A stretch of 46,988 nucleotides of DNA, taken from assembly GCA_036557125.1 (NCBI GenBank), contig DATBID010000324.1, positions 1 through 46,988 on the forward strand, read 5' to 3'. Positions within the stretch are counted from its first letter, which is position 1; each line of letters begins with the position of its first letter. The position numbers and the translations under genes were made by a program. This document shows, piece by piece, positions 36,053-44,978 of the stretch. Below the pieces are notes generated by a model, which had not been told where the DNA came from, ran no database searches, and worked only from the letters and a program-made list of their open reading frames with translations. Source of the DNA: Bryobacteraceae bacterium. Lineage in GTDB: Bacteria > Acidobacteriota > Terriglobia > Bryobacterales > Bryobacteraceae.

Positions 36053-37366
36053 TTAAACCTCCGTGATTTCGCCGGTGCTGTCGCCGAGCTTGTCTTGCGA
36101 GATGCCCACCCGATCGAGCATGGTAAGCAGCACGTTGGCAAGCGGCGTGTGATCGGGAGGAACGATGTGCTGGCCGCCCTTGAGCGTCTTCCAGCCACCC
36201 ACGATGGATGTAGGCAGCGGGTAGTGGTTGTGCGCGTTGCTGTTGCTCATGTTGCTGCCGTAGAGGAAGAGCGAGTGATCGAGCATCGTGCCATCGCCGT
36301 CAGGCATCTTGGCGAGCTTATCGAGGAACTTGGCGAAGATTTGGGTGTGATAGGTCTGCACTTTCGCCAGGCGCTCCATCTTGGCCTCTTCGTTGTTGTG
36401 ATGGGAGAGGGGGTGGAACGCATCGGGGACGCCGATGAAATTGTAGGTTTGGCCGCTGACTTCGGCGGCCACCATGAACGTAAATACGCGCGTCATGTTG
36501 GCCTGGAGGGCGAGAGCCACGAGGTCGAACATTAAGGGGAGGCGCTCATTGAACGGGTACAGACCTTCTTTGGGCGCGTCCGGGATGTCGACTTTCGAAA
36601 GGTCCCGCGCTTCCATCTTCTGAATGCGGCGCTCGATTTCGCGCACGCTTTCCATATAGTCGGAAAGGGCGGCTTTGTCGGATGGGCCGACCACGCTTTC
36701 TAACTGCTTCGTTTCGCCGGCGACCATATCGAGCAGGGATGCATACTGCTTGGAGAGGCGAGTGCGTTCGGCGGCGTTATCGCCCTGGCCGAACAGGCGC
36801 ATGAACAACTTGCGCGGATCGACTTCCATGGGCAGAGGCGTGGTGGGACTGCGGAAAGAGATTGTCCCGGAGTAAGAGCAGCCGTAATCGCGGTCGCAGA
36901 AGCCGCCGCCGCCATGATTTTCGGTGGCTACTTCAAGCGAAGGCAGGGGCGTATCCTGGCCGATGTGCTGGGCGGCGATCTGGTCGATGGTCGTGCCGCC
37001 GTGCGCTTCCTGACTCATGGCTGGGTGGACGCAGGAGAGCCAGGTTCCGGGCGAGAGCGCATGCACCGGGCCGAGAGGCGCCTGGTTATCCAGATTGCTG
37101 AACACCGTGGTCATCGCCTTGTATTTTTCGAGCGGCTGGAGGATCTGGGGGAATTCGGCGATTTTGCCTTCACCCTTGGGAATCCACTTATCCCAGACTG
37201 CGCCATGCGGGAAGTAGATGAAGCCCATGTGAGGCTTGGCCTTGGCGGCGGTATCGGCCAAAGCGGTGCGCGCGGGAATCATGGCATCGAGCAACGGCAG
37301 CGAGAGAGCCGCCCCCGCCCCGCGCAGCACGGTGCGGCGCGTCAAGTGCTTTTTGGTGATGAACAT
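36053..37366 (-). CDS. DUF1552 domain protein with a Tat-type signal
   Basis: N-terminus KKHLTRRTVLRGAGAALSLPLLDAM, characteristic of DUF1552. 437 aa. Lies 11 nt downstream of the DUF1592-type gene. Confidence 0.85.
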   Translation of the reverse strand: MFITKKHLTRRTVLRGAGAALSLPLLDAMIPARTALADTAAKAKPHMGFIYFPHGAVWDKWIPKGEGKIAEFPQILQPLEKYKAMTTVFSNLDNQAPLGPVHALSPGTWLSCVHPAMSQEAHGGTTIDQIAAQHIGQDTPLPSLEVATENHGGGGFCDRDYGCSYSGTISFRSPTTPLPMEVDPRKLFMRLFGQGDNAAERTRLSKQYASLLDMVAGETKQLESVVGPSDKAALSDYMESVREIERRIQKMEARDLSKVDIPDAPKEGLYPFNERLPLMFDLVALALQANMTRVFTFMVAAEVSGQTYNFIGVPDAFHPLSHHNNEEAKMERLAKVQTYHTQIFAKFLDKLAKMPDGDGTMLDHSLFLYGSNMSNSNAHNHYPLPTSIVGGWKTLKGGQHIVPPDHTPLANVLLTMLDRVGISQDKLGDSTGEITEV

Positions 37367-37377
37367 TCGCTGGCTCC

Positions 37378-39696
37378 TTACTTAATATTGGCGGCCACTT
37401 GGGTTTGCGCAGGCCGCTCTACTCGGCTCGACTGAAATTCGGGTGATGCGATGATTCCCATTACAAGCGATGAGAATCTGTAGTTCTCGCTCCGGGCATC
37501 CCGTACGATCTTGCGGATGGCCGGCATGTCGTAATACTCGACCGTGCGGCCCAGCGCGTAGGTCATTAGCTTTTCGGTCATGGTCTGCACAAACTGATCG
37601 GAGCGTTTGAGCAGCGCGGCACGCAGATCGCTGGGACCGTTGATCGCAGTGCCGTCAACCAGCTTGCCACTGGTATCGATCAGAGTGCGGGTAAGGCGGT
37701 CCACAGCGCGGTAGCTGCCGATGGTATCGAAGTTTTCGAGCGAGAAACCGAGCGGATCCATCACGCCGTGACAGGCATTGCAGGTGGGATTGGCGCGGTG
37801 CAGCTCCAGGATCGCGCGGACGGTTTTCGGCTTTTCGCCTTCTTTGTTTTCCTTGAATGCCGGCACATTCGGCGGCGGGGGGGAGGGCGGCGTACCCAAA
37901 ATGTTTTCCAGAATGTAGGAGCCGCGCAGGACCGGCGAGGTGCGGTTCGGGTAAGCCGTAACCATCAGGACTGCGCCCTTGCCCAGCAAGCCGAAACGGT
38001 TGGGGTCGGTGAGGGTGACGCGGCGGAATTCCGCGCCGCGGATGTTGGGAATGTCGTAGTGGGCGGCGAGGCGCTCGTTCACAAACGTGTAATTCGCGTT
38101 CAGGATATCGATGACGCTGTGGTCTTCGCGGAAGATGCTATTAAGGAACATCTTCACTTCCGTTTTGAGGGCCGCGCGGAGGGGTTTATCGAAAGACGGA
38201 TAGGTGAAAGGATCGGGATCCATCGCGTCCATGTCGCGGATCTTAAGCCACTCGAAGGCGAAGTTGGTGGTCAGAGACTCGGCGCGCGGATCGGCGAGCA
38301 TGCGGCGGACCTGGTGCTTGAGAACTTCGGGATTATTCAACTTACCTTCTTCGGCCACTTTGAGCAGTTCTTCATCGGGGAGGGTGCTCCAAAGAAAGAA
38401 GGAGAGGCGCGAGGCCAGCTCGGTTCCATTCAGGCGGAAGTTGCTCCCGGGTTGCGCATCGGCGGGCGGCGGCTCAACACGATAGAGGAACTTGGTGCTG
38501 GCGAGCATGGCCACCAGGGCGTTCTCAATGCCGGCTTCGAATCCGCCCGCTGTGCGGCCGTCATTATAGAACTGCATGAGGGGCGCGAGGTCCTTTTCGG
38601 TTACGGGGCGGCGGAAGGCTTCCGTGGCGAGGTTCGTGAGGATGCGGGAGGCGCAAGGGGCGTCCTCTTGGGGATCGGGAGGGCGGCAGACGAAGATGCG
38701 CGCGCGGCTGGGGGTATCAGCCGGATTGCCGGTGGGATTGAAGGGGCCATCGATATCGACCGCCACGGCAGGTCCGCGGATGCGGTTACTGGCGCCGCCA
38801 TTGACCAGCAAGGCGCCTCCGGGAACGAGCCCCGTGCTGGCGTAACCGGTGCCCGCGGCGCCCGGGATGAATCCGAACAATTCGCCTTCGCTTTCGGCGA
38901 AGCTGTGGGCTCTGGCGGCGGCGACGATGGTATGGAGGCCGGCAGTGAGATGAGTGCGGCCCTTGGAATCGACAGGCGCACCATCGACGGTGAAGACCGG
39001 CGGGTTGAACGGCGCGCGGAATTCGTAGTCGCCTTCGTACTGGGCCAGAAACTTGCCGGTGACACCGGCGCGCGCGCCGGGAGGCAGAGGCACATCGGGG
39101 TCGACCGAGCGTAGTGTGTCCTTGGCTTCTTTGGGCGCGGGCGGTTTGCCAATGGCCTGCTTAACGACCGCGCGAGCGGCCATGATGTATTGATCGAGGA
39201 AAGAGGGCGAGACTTTGAGCGCATCCGCTATGTTGTCGAAGCCATCGCTGATGCCGTCGGTGGGGAGCAATTCGGCGGAATCGACGTCGATATCGAAGAG
39301 GTCGCGCATGGCGTTGGCGTATTCGGCGCGATTGAGGCGGTGGATGCGCACGCTGCCGGGATTGAAGTTGGCGGCGCTGGCTTTATCCAAAGCGTTTTCG
39401 AGATAGGTGGCGAGGGCGTTGACGGCGTCGGCGGGCGGGCGCGGCATGCCGGGAGGCGGCATCATGCCGCCGCGCAACTTGCGAATCGCGCGCTCCCAGA
39501 TCAGAGCATCTTTTTCCGGATGGGTGAGGTCAAGGGTATCGAGCGCCAGATTCGCGGTTTTGAGCTTCTGGTTGTGGCAGACCGCACAGTATCGGTTGAT
39601 CAGTGCCTGATTGGGGTTTGCCGGTTGTTGGGGGGCAGCATTCAGGAGCCAGGCGGCATTGCCGGCGCAGGCCAGGGCGAGCAGGAAGTTACGCAT
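37378..39696 (-). CDS. DUF1592/DUF1588/DUF1585/DUF1587 (PSD/PSCyt) family protein with two CxxCH motifs
   Basis: Signal peptide. N-terminal CAVCHNQKLKTANLALD and C-terminal TCNACHGVMDPLGFSLENFD. The architecture is typical of the partner protein of DUF1552. The ATG at 39696 is preferred over the TTG at 39702. Confidence 0.85.
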   Translation of the reverse strand: MRNFLLALACAGNAAWLLNAAPQQPANPNQALINRYCAVCHNQKLKTANLALDTLDLTHPEKDALIWERAIRKLRGGMMPPPGMPRPPADAVNALATYLENALDKASAANFNPGSVRIHRLNRAEYANAMRDLFDIDVDSAELLPTDGISDGFDNIADALKVSPSFLDQYIMAARAVVKQAIGKPPAPKEAKDTLRSVDPDVPLPPGARAGVTGKFLAQYEGDYEFRAPFNPPVFTVDGAPVDSKGRTHLTAGLHTIVAAARAHSFAESEGELFGFIPGAAGTGYASTGLVPGGALLVNGGASNRIRGPAVAVDIDGPFNPTGNPADTPSRARIFVCRPPDPQEDAPCASRILTNLATEAFRRPVTEKDLAPLMQFYNDGRTAGGFEAGIENALVAMLASTKFLYRVEPPPADAQPGSNFRLNGTELASRLSFFLWSTLPDEELLKVAEEGKLNNPEVLKHQVRRMLADPRAESLTTNFAFEWLKIRDMDAMDPDPFTYPSFDKPLRAALKTEVKMFLNSIFREDHSVIDILNANYTFVNERLAAHYDIPNIRGAEFRRVTLTDPNRFGLLGKGAVLMVTAYPNRTSPVLRGSYILENILGTPPSPPPPNVPAFKENKEGEKPKTVRAILELHRANPTCNACHGVMDPLGFSLENFDTIGSYRAVDRLTRTLIDTSGKLVDGTAINGPSDLRAALLKRSDQFVQTMTEKLMTYALGRTVEYYDMPAIRKIVRDARSENYRFSSLVMGIIASPEFQSSRVERPAQTQVAANIK

Positions 39697-39717
39697 TCTC
39701 AAATCCGACCGGACTAT

Positions 39718-39723
39718 ATTCTA
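39718..39723 (-). promoter_or_regulatory. Candidate -10 box (TAGAAT on the minus strand) upstream of the DUF1592 operon
   Basis: The minus strand reads TATAGAAT, 21 nt upstream of the ATG at 39696. No clear -35 box. Confidence 0.3.
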
Positions 39724-39786
39724 TACTCTGAGAACGCCGGGGGAAATGACTCCAAGGGGCCTGGGGTAAGACCCGGCCAAACCCAT

Positions 39787-39795
39787 TGTTAGAAT
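39787..39795 (+). promoter_or_regulatory. Candidate extended -10 promoter (TGtTAGAAT) for the cysteine desulfurase-mnmA operon
   Basis: TGTTAGAAT at 39787-39795, 15 nt upstream of the ATG at 39811. Confidence 0.3.
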
Positions 39796-39810
39796 GGACG
39801 TGAACGCGCC

Positions 39811-40989
39811 ATGCGCACATTGCCGATGACGCCGCAGCACGTCTATTTTGACCATAACGCGACCACCCCGCTGGCTCCGGAAGTCACGGAGGTCGTAGTG
39901 TCGTGCCTTGGCCAGACGTTTGGCAATGCTTCAAGCATCCACTATTTCGGGCAGGCGGCCAAGCAGCGGCTGGAGGGGGCGCGGCGCTCGCTGGCATCGT
40001 TGATTCACGCGCATCCCGGCGAGATTGTTTTCACGGGCGGGGGTACGGAAGCGGATAATCTGGCGTTGCTGGGAGTCGCGCGCGCTTGGGCTGCGCGGCA
40101 CGGCAAGGCGGGTCATGCAATCACTTCGACGATTGAGCATCCGGCGGTGCTGGCCGCTTGCGCGCAGTTGGAAAGGGAGGGTTTTGAGATTACGCGTCTT
40201 CCGGTGGGATCGGCCGGTATGGTCGATCCGGCTGATGTCCAAGCTACGCTGCGGCCGGAAACCGCCTTGATTTCCGTGATGCACGCGAATAATGAAACCG
40301 GCGTGATTCAGCCCATCGAGGAAATAGCGCAGATTGCGCGTAAGGCGGGCGTGCCGTTCCATGTGGATGGCGTCCAAGCACTGGGAAAGCTGCCTGTCGA
40401 TGTGAAGGCGCTGGGCGTCGATCTCTACAGCATGAGCGCACACAAGCTCTACGCCCCGAAAGGCGTGGGCGCGCTGTATGTGCGCAAGGGAGTGCGCTTG
40501 CATCCGTTACTATTCGGCGGCCATCACGAGCGCGACCGCCGGCCGGGCACGGAAAATGTTCCAGGAATCGCCGGTTTTGGAACAGCGGCGCAACTGGCCT
40601 CCAGGCATGCGCCGGAAACCGGGCGGGTTGGCGAGTTGCGGAACCGGCTGGAAGAAGCGGTGCTGGAGCGTATTCCGGAAACCGGCGTGAACGGACACGG
40701 GCCGCGCGTGCCCAACACGACCAACATTTTTTTCGACGGCATTGATGGTGAAGCATTGGTAATCGCGCTCGATCTGCGAGGCTTCGCCGTATCTACCGGC
40801 TCAGCCTGCTCCAGCGGCGCCGTGACGCCTTCCCACGTGTTGACCGCGATGGGGCTACCGGCTACTCGCGCGCGCGCCAGCATCCGGTTCTCGCTGGGTA
40901 TCGGGAACACAGCCGAACAGGTGGATGCACTCACAGGCGCGATCGAGGAATCGGTTGTCCACCTGCGCCGGATTTCCGTCCATGCCTGA
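39811..40989 (+). CDS. Cysteine desulfurase (NifS/IscS class V aminotransferase family)
   Basis: PLP-lysine motif SAHKLYAPKGVGALYVRKG and the catalytic Cys loop STGSACSSG. 392 aa. Confidence 0.9.
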   Translation: MRTLPMTPQHVYFDHNATTPLAPEVTEVVVSCLGQTFGNASSIHYFGQAAKQRLEGARRSLASLIHAHPGEIVFTGGGTEADNLALLGVARAWAARHGKAGHAITSTIEHPAVLAACAQLEREGFEITRLPVGSAGMVDPADVQATLRPETALISVMHANNETGVIQPIEEIAQIARKAGVPFHVDGVQALGKLPVDVKALGVDLYSMSAHKLYAPKGVGALYVRKGVRLHPLLFGGHHERDRRPGTENVPGIAGFGTAAQLASRHAPETGRVGELRNRLEEAVLERIPETGVNGHGPRVPNTTNIFFDGIDGEALVIALDLRGFAVSTGSACSSGAVTPSHVLTAMGLPATRARASIRFSLGIGNTAEQVDALTGAIEESVVHLRRISVHA

Positions 40990-42100
40990 AGCGCCCCGGC
41001 TCGATCAAACTATAGCTGTCGCGATGAGCGGCGGAGTCGATAGCTCCACAGTCGCCGCGCTGCTCGCCCGCCAGGGCCGGCCCGTGGTGGGCCTGACGAT
41101 GCAGTTGTGGAACCAGCGGCGTCTCCCCGAACTTGCGCCGGAGGGAGGGGTTACGGGCCGCTGCTGCTCGCTCGATGACGTCTATGATGCGCGCCGCGTA
41201 GCCGAACAGATCGGCATTCCGTATTACATCGTTAACTTCGAAGAGCAGTTCGAAGAGCGGGTAGTTGCGCCGTTCGTCGCGGACTATCTGGCCGGCCGCA
41301 CGCCCATTCCCTGCACACTGTGCAACAACTACATCAAATTCGAGCGTTTCCTCGAACTCGCGGACGCCGTGGGAGCGGAGCAGATCGCCACCGGGCACTA
41401 CGCGCGTGTGCGGTACGCGGATGGACGATATCAACTGCTGCGAGCCGTGGATACGACCAAAGATCAGACTTATTTCCTGTTTGGCTTGACCCAGGACCAG
41501 CTTGCGCGGACCCAGTTTCCTCTGGGCGGAATGACGAAGCCGGAAGTGCGCGAGCTGGCCCGCAGCCTGGAACTCGCAGTGGCTGCAAAGGGCGATAGCC
41601 AGGAAATCTGCTTCGTCCCGAACGGCGATTATGCGGGTTTCCTGGAGGCATACTTGCGTGAGCGCGGCCGCCCACTGCCTGCTTCGGGCGGCGCAATCCG
41701 GAATACCGCGGGCCAGACGCTGGGTACGCATCCAGGCGTCCATCATTTCACGGTGGGCCAGCGCCGTGGGCTGGGAATCGCAGCGGGCGAGCCGCTATAC
41801 GTCATCCGCACGGAGCCAGAGTCGCAACAGGTGGTGGTGGGCGCGGAAACCGAACTCCTCTGCTCGCGGCTATTCGCCCGCGACGTCAATTGGGTCTCCG
41901 TCGCGCCGATCCGTGAAGCTGTGCGCGCCCAGGTGAAGATTCGCAATAAACACGTGGCTGCGCCGGCTTGGATCGAGGCCGATTCGAGCGGCCGCCTCGA
42001 AGTCCGCTTCGACGAGCCGCAACGCGCCATCACCCCAGGGCAGGCAGCGGTTTTCTATCAGGACGAACTGGTGCTGGGAGGCGGCTGGATCGAGCGCTAA
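40982..42100 (+). CDS. mnmA: tRNA 2-thiouridine(34) synthase MnmA
   Basis: PP-loop VAMSGGVDSS, plus CSLDDVYDARRVAEQIGIPYY, TGHYAR and DQTYFL blocks. The start overlaps the desulfurase stop (ATGCCTGA). Confidence 0.9.
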   Translation: MPEAPRLDQTIAVAMSGGVDSSTVAALLARQGRPVVGLTMQLWNQRRLPELAPEGGVTGRCCSLDDVYDARRVAEQIGIPYYIVNFEEQFEERVVAPFVADYLAGRTPIPCTLCNNYIKFERFLELADAVGAEQIATGHYARVRYADGRYQLLRAVDTTKDQTYFLFGLTQDQLARTQFPLGGMTKPEVRELARSLELAVAAKGDSQEICFVPNGDYAGFLEAYLRERGRPLPASGGAIRNTAGQTLGTHPGVHHFTVGQRRGLGIAAGEPLYVIRTEPESQQVVVGAETELLCSRLFARDVNWVSVAPIREAVRAQVKIRNKHVAAPAWIEADSSGRLEVRFDEPQRAITPGQAAVFYQDELVLGGGWIER

Positions 42101-42181
42101 CCGCGCGGCGGGGCGCCTTCCTGCGCAGCGGCATGCTGCATGGTTGAGCAACACGGTCAAGCTGGTTACCGGAGAGGGAGA

Positions 42182-43129
42182 ATGGACGCTCCCGCTCCTG
42201 CAAGCGGCCGGTCGCGATTCCGCGATATTGGCGAATTCGCGCTGGCGTGGGCAGTGCTCGAATCGCTCGAATGGATTCCCCGGCCGTTGGCAGATAGGTT
42301 GGCCGGGGTTTATCTGCGCCTGGCCGATCGAGCCATCCCGCGGCTGCGCAGCGTAGCCGAACGCAACCTGGCGCTCGCACTGCCTGAACTCGACCCAGCG
42401 CGGCGCGCAGCAATCATCGGCGGCGTCTTTCGATCGATTGCGCGCCTGCTGGTGAGCGTGGCGAAATTCCCTTCTATTCGGCGCGAAAATCTCGATCGCT
42501 GGATCCGGTTCGAAGGCTACGAACACTTCGAGAACGCCCGCCGCGCCGGGCGCGGAGTGCTGTTCGCGACGGCGCACCTGGGCAACTGGGAACTGAGCGC
42601 GTACGCGCATGCGCTGGTGGCGGAACCGCTGGATATCGTGGTGCGGCCGCTCGACAATCCGCTGCTCGATCGCCTCGCGGCGCGACGGCGGGAGTGGTCA
42701 GGAAATCGTCTGCTTTCCAAGCGGGAGCCAGCTCGTCCTATTCTGAAGGCCCTGGCGGCGAATCGGGCAGTGGGAATATTGATCGATCAGAATGTGTCCG
42801 CCGAATCCGGCTTATTCATCAATTTCTTCGGAATCCCCGCCGCTACGGATTCCGGTTTCGTGCGCATAGCGGCGCGCAGCGGGGCGGCGGTAATTCCCGG
42901 ATTCGCGCTATGGTGCGAAAAAGAGGATCGGTACGTGCTGCGATTCTACCCTCCGATTCCGATCAGCGGCGACGCGCTGCGCGATACGCAGGCGCTCCAT
43001 AGCGTGCTCGAAGCCGTAATCCGGGAGTATCCGGAGCAGTGGCTGTGGATTCACCGGCGTTGGAAGACCCGCCCGGCGGGGTTTCCCTCGTTGTACGAAG
43101 AGGTACGTGTTGGTACTCAGGCCCTGTAG
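42182..43129 (+). CDS. Lysophospholipid/lipid A biosynthesis acyltransferase (LpxL/HtrB family)
   Basis: Motifs GVLFATAHLGNWEL (H-x4-E/D acyltransferase motif) and ILIDQN. About 315 aa. The start is uncertain (ATG 42182 or ATG 42140). Confidence 0.75.
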   Translation: MDAPAPASGRSRFRDIGEFALAWAVLESLEWIPRPLADRLAGVYLRLADRAIPRLRSVAERNLALALPELDPARRAAIIGGVFRSIARLLVSVAKFPSIRRENLDRWIRFEGYEHFENARRAGRGVLFATAHLGNWELSAYAHALVAEPLDIVVRPLDNPLLDRLAARRREWSGNRLLSKREPARPILKALAANRAVGILIDQNVSAESGLFINFFGIPAATDSGFVRIAARSGAAVIPGFALWCEKEDRYVLRFYPPIPISGDALRDTQALHSVLEAVIREYPEQWLWIHRRWKTRPAGFPSLYEEVRVGTQAL

Positions 43130-43148
43130 TATTCTGTAGCCGGAATCC

Positions 43149-44978
43149 ATGAAACCTTTCGCCCGCTCACCGCTGCACAGCACTGTCTTTGCCCTGCTCT
43201 TGACGGCTCTGGCGGTGCTGCTGTCGGTAGTGTTTGGTCCTTACCTGGCCGATCTGGACTTTCTGTTTTTCGTCGGCGCGATCTGGGCCAGCGCATGGTT
43301 TCACGGCCGCGAAGGCGGCATCTCAGCCACTGTGCTTTCGGCTGGTGTTTTCTTCCTTTACTATTTCACCTCGGGAGCGGATCACGAAACCGTTCCACTG
43401 AGGCTTTTGCGCATCCTCTCGTTGGTGGTTCTCGGCCTGTTCGTCACCTGGCTTACAGCCGCCTGGCAGGGCAGCCGCAGGCTGCTGTTTTCTACCCTTT
43501 CAAGCATCGGGGACGCAGTGTTGGCCACCGACCGTGAGGGACGGATCACCTTTATGAACCCGGTTGCAGAAACTCTCACCGGCTGGCCCGCGGACGGAGC
43601 GCGCGGCAGAAACGTGAAAGAGGTGATCCGCCTGATTGATGCGCGAGTGCGCGAACCGATCGAAAACCCGCTGACGCGCGCCTTGCGGGAGCGCGTGATG
43701 GTGACACTGACGGAAAGCCCGCTGCTCTTGTCTCGCGGCGGCGCCGAGGTTCCCATCGAACAGACGGCAGCGCCGATCCGCGAGGCTTGGGGGGAAGTGC
43801 GCGGCGGCATCCTGGTATTCCGCGATATCAGCAAGCGCCGGCAACTGGAAGAGCAGGTGACGCACGCGCAGAAAATGCAAGCCGTGGGGCGCCTGGCGGG
43901 CGGCGTGGCAGGCGATTTCAACAACGTGCTGACCGTCATCACCGGGTACGCGGAATTGTTGCGCGCCGAGATCCCCGCCAACCATCCGTTGCGCCGCTTC
44001 GTGGAGGAGATCATCTACGCCGGCGAACGCGCGGCTGCTCTGACGCGCCACCTGCTCGCCTTCAGCCGCGGGCCTGCCGCGCAACCACGCGTGCTCGATC
44101 TCAACGCCATCCTCAACGATATGGAGCCGATGCTCAAGCGGCTCTTAGGCCAGTCCATCGAGCTGGTGCTGCTACCCGGTTCCAACCTGGGACGGGTTGC
44201 GGCCGACTCGGCGCAGCTCGAGCAGGTGATTATCAATCTCGCAACCAACGCCCGCGACGCCATGCCCGATGGCGGCAAGTTCGTCATCGAATCGGAGAAT
44301 ATGGAACTCGATGCGGAGAACGGGCGCAACCTGGATCTGGCGCCGGGGCCATATATTCTGTTGGCCGTGAGCGACACCGGCAGCGGCATGGACGCCGAAA
44401 CGCGTTCGCGCCTATTCGAGCCGTTCTTCACCACGAAAGACCCCGGAAAGGGCAGTGGCGGGCTGGGGCTGGCCACGGTATACGGAATCGTCAAACAGTG
44501 CGGCGGCCAGATCACCGTGTATAGCCAGCTCGGCTGTGGGACGATTTTTGAAATTTATCTGCCGCGCGCCGCCGAAGCGGGCGAACCGGTTCAAAAGAGG
44601 CTCTCGCCCAAAGGCTCCGAGACTATTCTATTGGTGGACGATGAAGACGGCGTGCGGCAGCTCGTTTGCGCCGTCCTCAAATCGAACGGCTACGACGTCC
44701 TGGAAGCCAGCAACGCCGGCGCCGCTCTGGCTACCTACGAGAAAAACAGCCATAAAATCAATATGGTGCTCACCGACGTGGTAATGCCGCAGACGAATGG
44801 CTTCGATCTCGGCCGCCAACTAGCCTCGCGCAGTCCAAGCCTGAAGATCTTATACATGTCCGGGTACCGTGACAACCCCGGAGAGGCAGTCGCCGAAACG
44901 CCGCGCGCGTTTCTGCATAAGCCCTTCACGCCGGATGTCCTGCTGAACAAAGTGCGAGAGGTGCTGGACGCGGCATGA
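43149..44978 (+). CDS. Hybrid sensor kinase-like protein: DUF4118-like TM region, PAS, HisKA-like (His replaced by Gly), HATPase_c and receiver domains
   Basis: PAS region SIGDAVLATDREGRITFMNPVAETLTGW. The H-box reads GRLAGGVAGDFNNVLTVITGY. N, G1 and G2 boxes are NLATNARDAM, DTGSGM and GSGGLGLATV. Receiver domain ILLVDDEDG...MVLTDVVMP...KPF. Confidence 0.85.
   Translation: MKPFARSPLHSTVFALLLTALAVLLSVVFGPYLADLDFLFFVGAIWASAWFHGREGGISATVLSAGVFFLYYFTSGADHETVPLRLLRILSLVVLGLFVTWLTAAWQGSRRLLFSTLSSIGDAVLATDREGRITFMNPVAETLTGWPADGARGRNVKEVIRLIDARVREPIENPLTRALRERVMVTLTESPLLLSRGGAEVPIEQTAAPIREAWGEVRGGILVFRDISKRRQLEEQVTHAQKMQAVGRLAGGVAGDFNNVLTVITGYAELLRAEIPANHPLRRFVEEIIYAGERAAALTRHLLAFSRGPAAQPRVLDLNAILNDMEPMLKRLLGQSIELVLLPGSNLGRVAADSAQLEQVIINLATNARDAMPDGGKFVIESENMELDAENGRNLDLAPGPYILLAVSDTGSGMDAETRSRLFEPFFTTKDPGKGSGGLGLATVYGIVKQCGGQITVYSQLGCGTIFEIYLPRAAEAGEPVQKRLSPKGSETILLVDDEDGVRQLVCAVLKSNGYDVLEASNAGAALATYEKNSHKINMVLTDVVMPQTNGFDLGRQLASRSPSLKILYMSGYRDNPGEAVAETPRAFLHKPFTPDVLLNKVREVLDAA

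Noticed and set aside
37768-39792. Plus-strand ORFs 37768-39114 (448 aa) and 39190-39792 (200 aa)
   Set aside because: They are antisense to the DUF1592-type gene. They are Gly/Arg/Ala-rich with no motifs.
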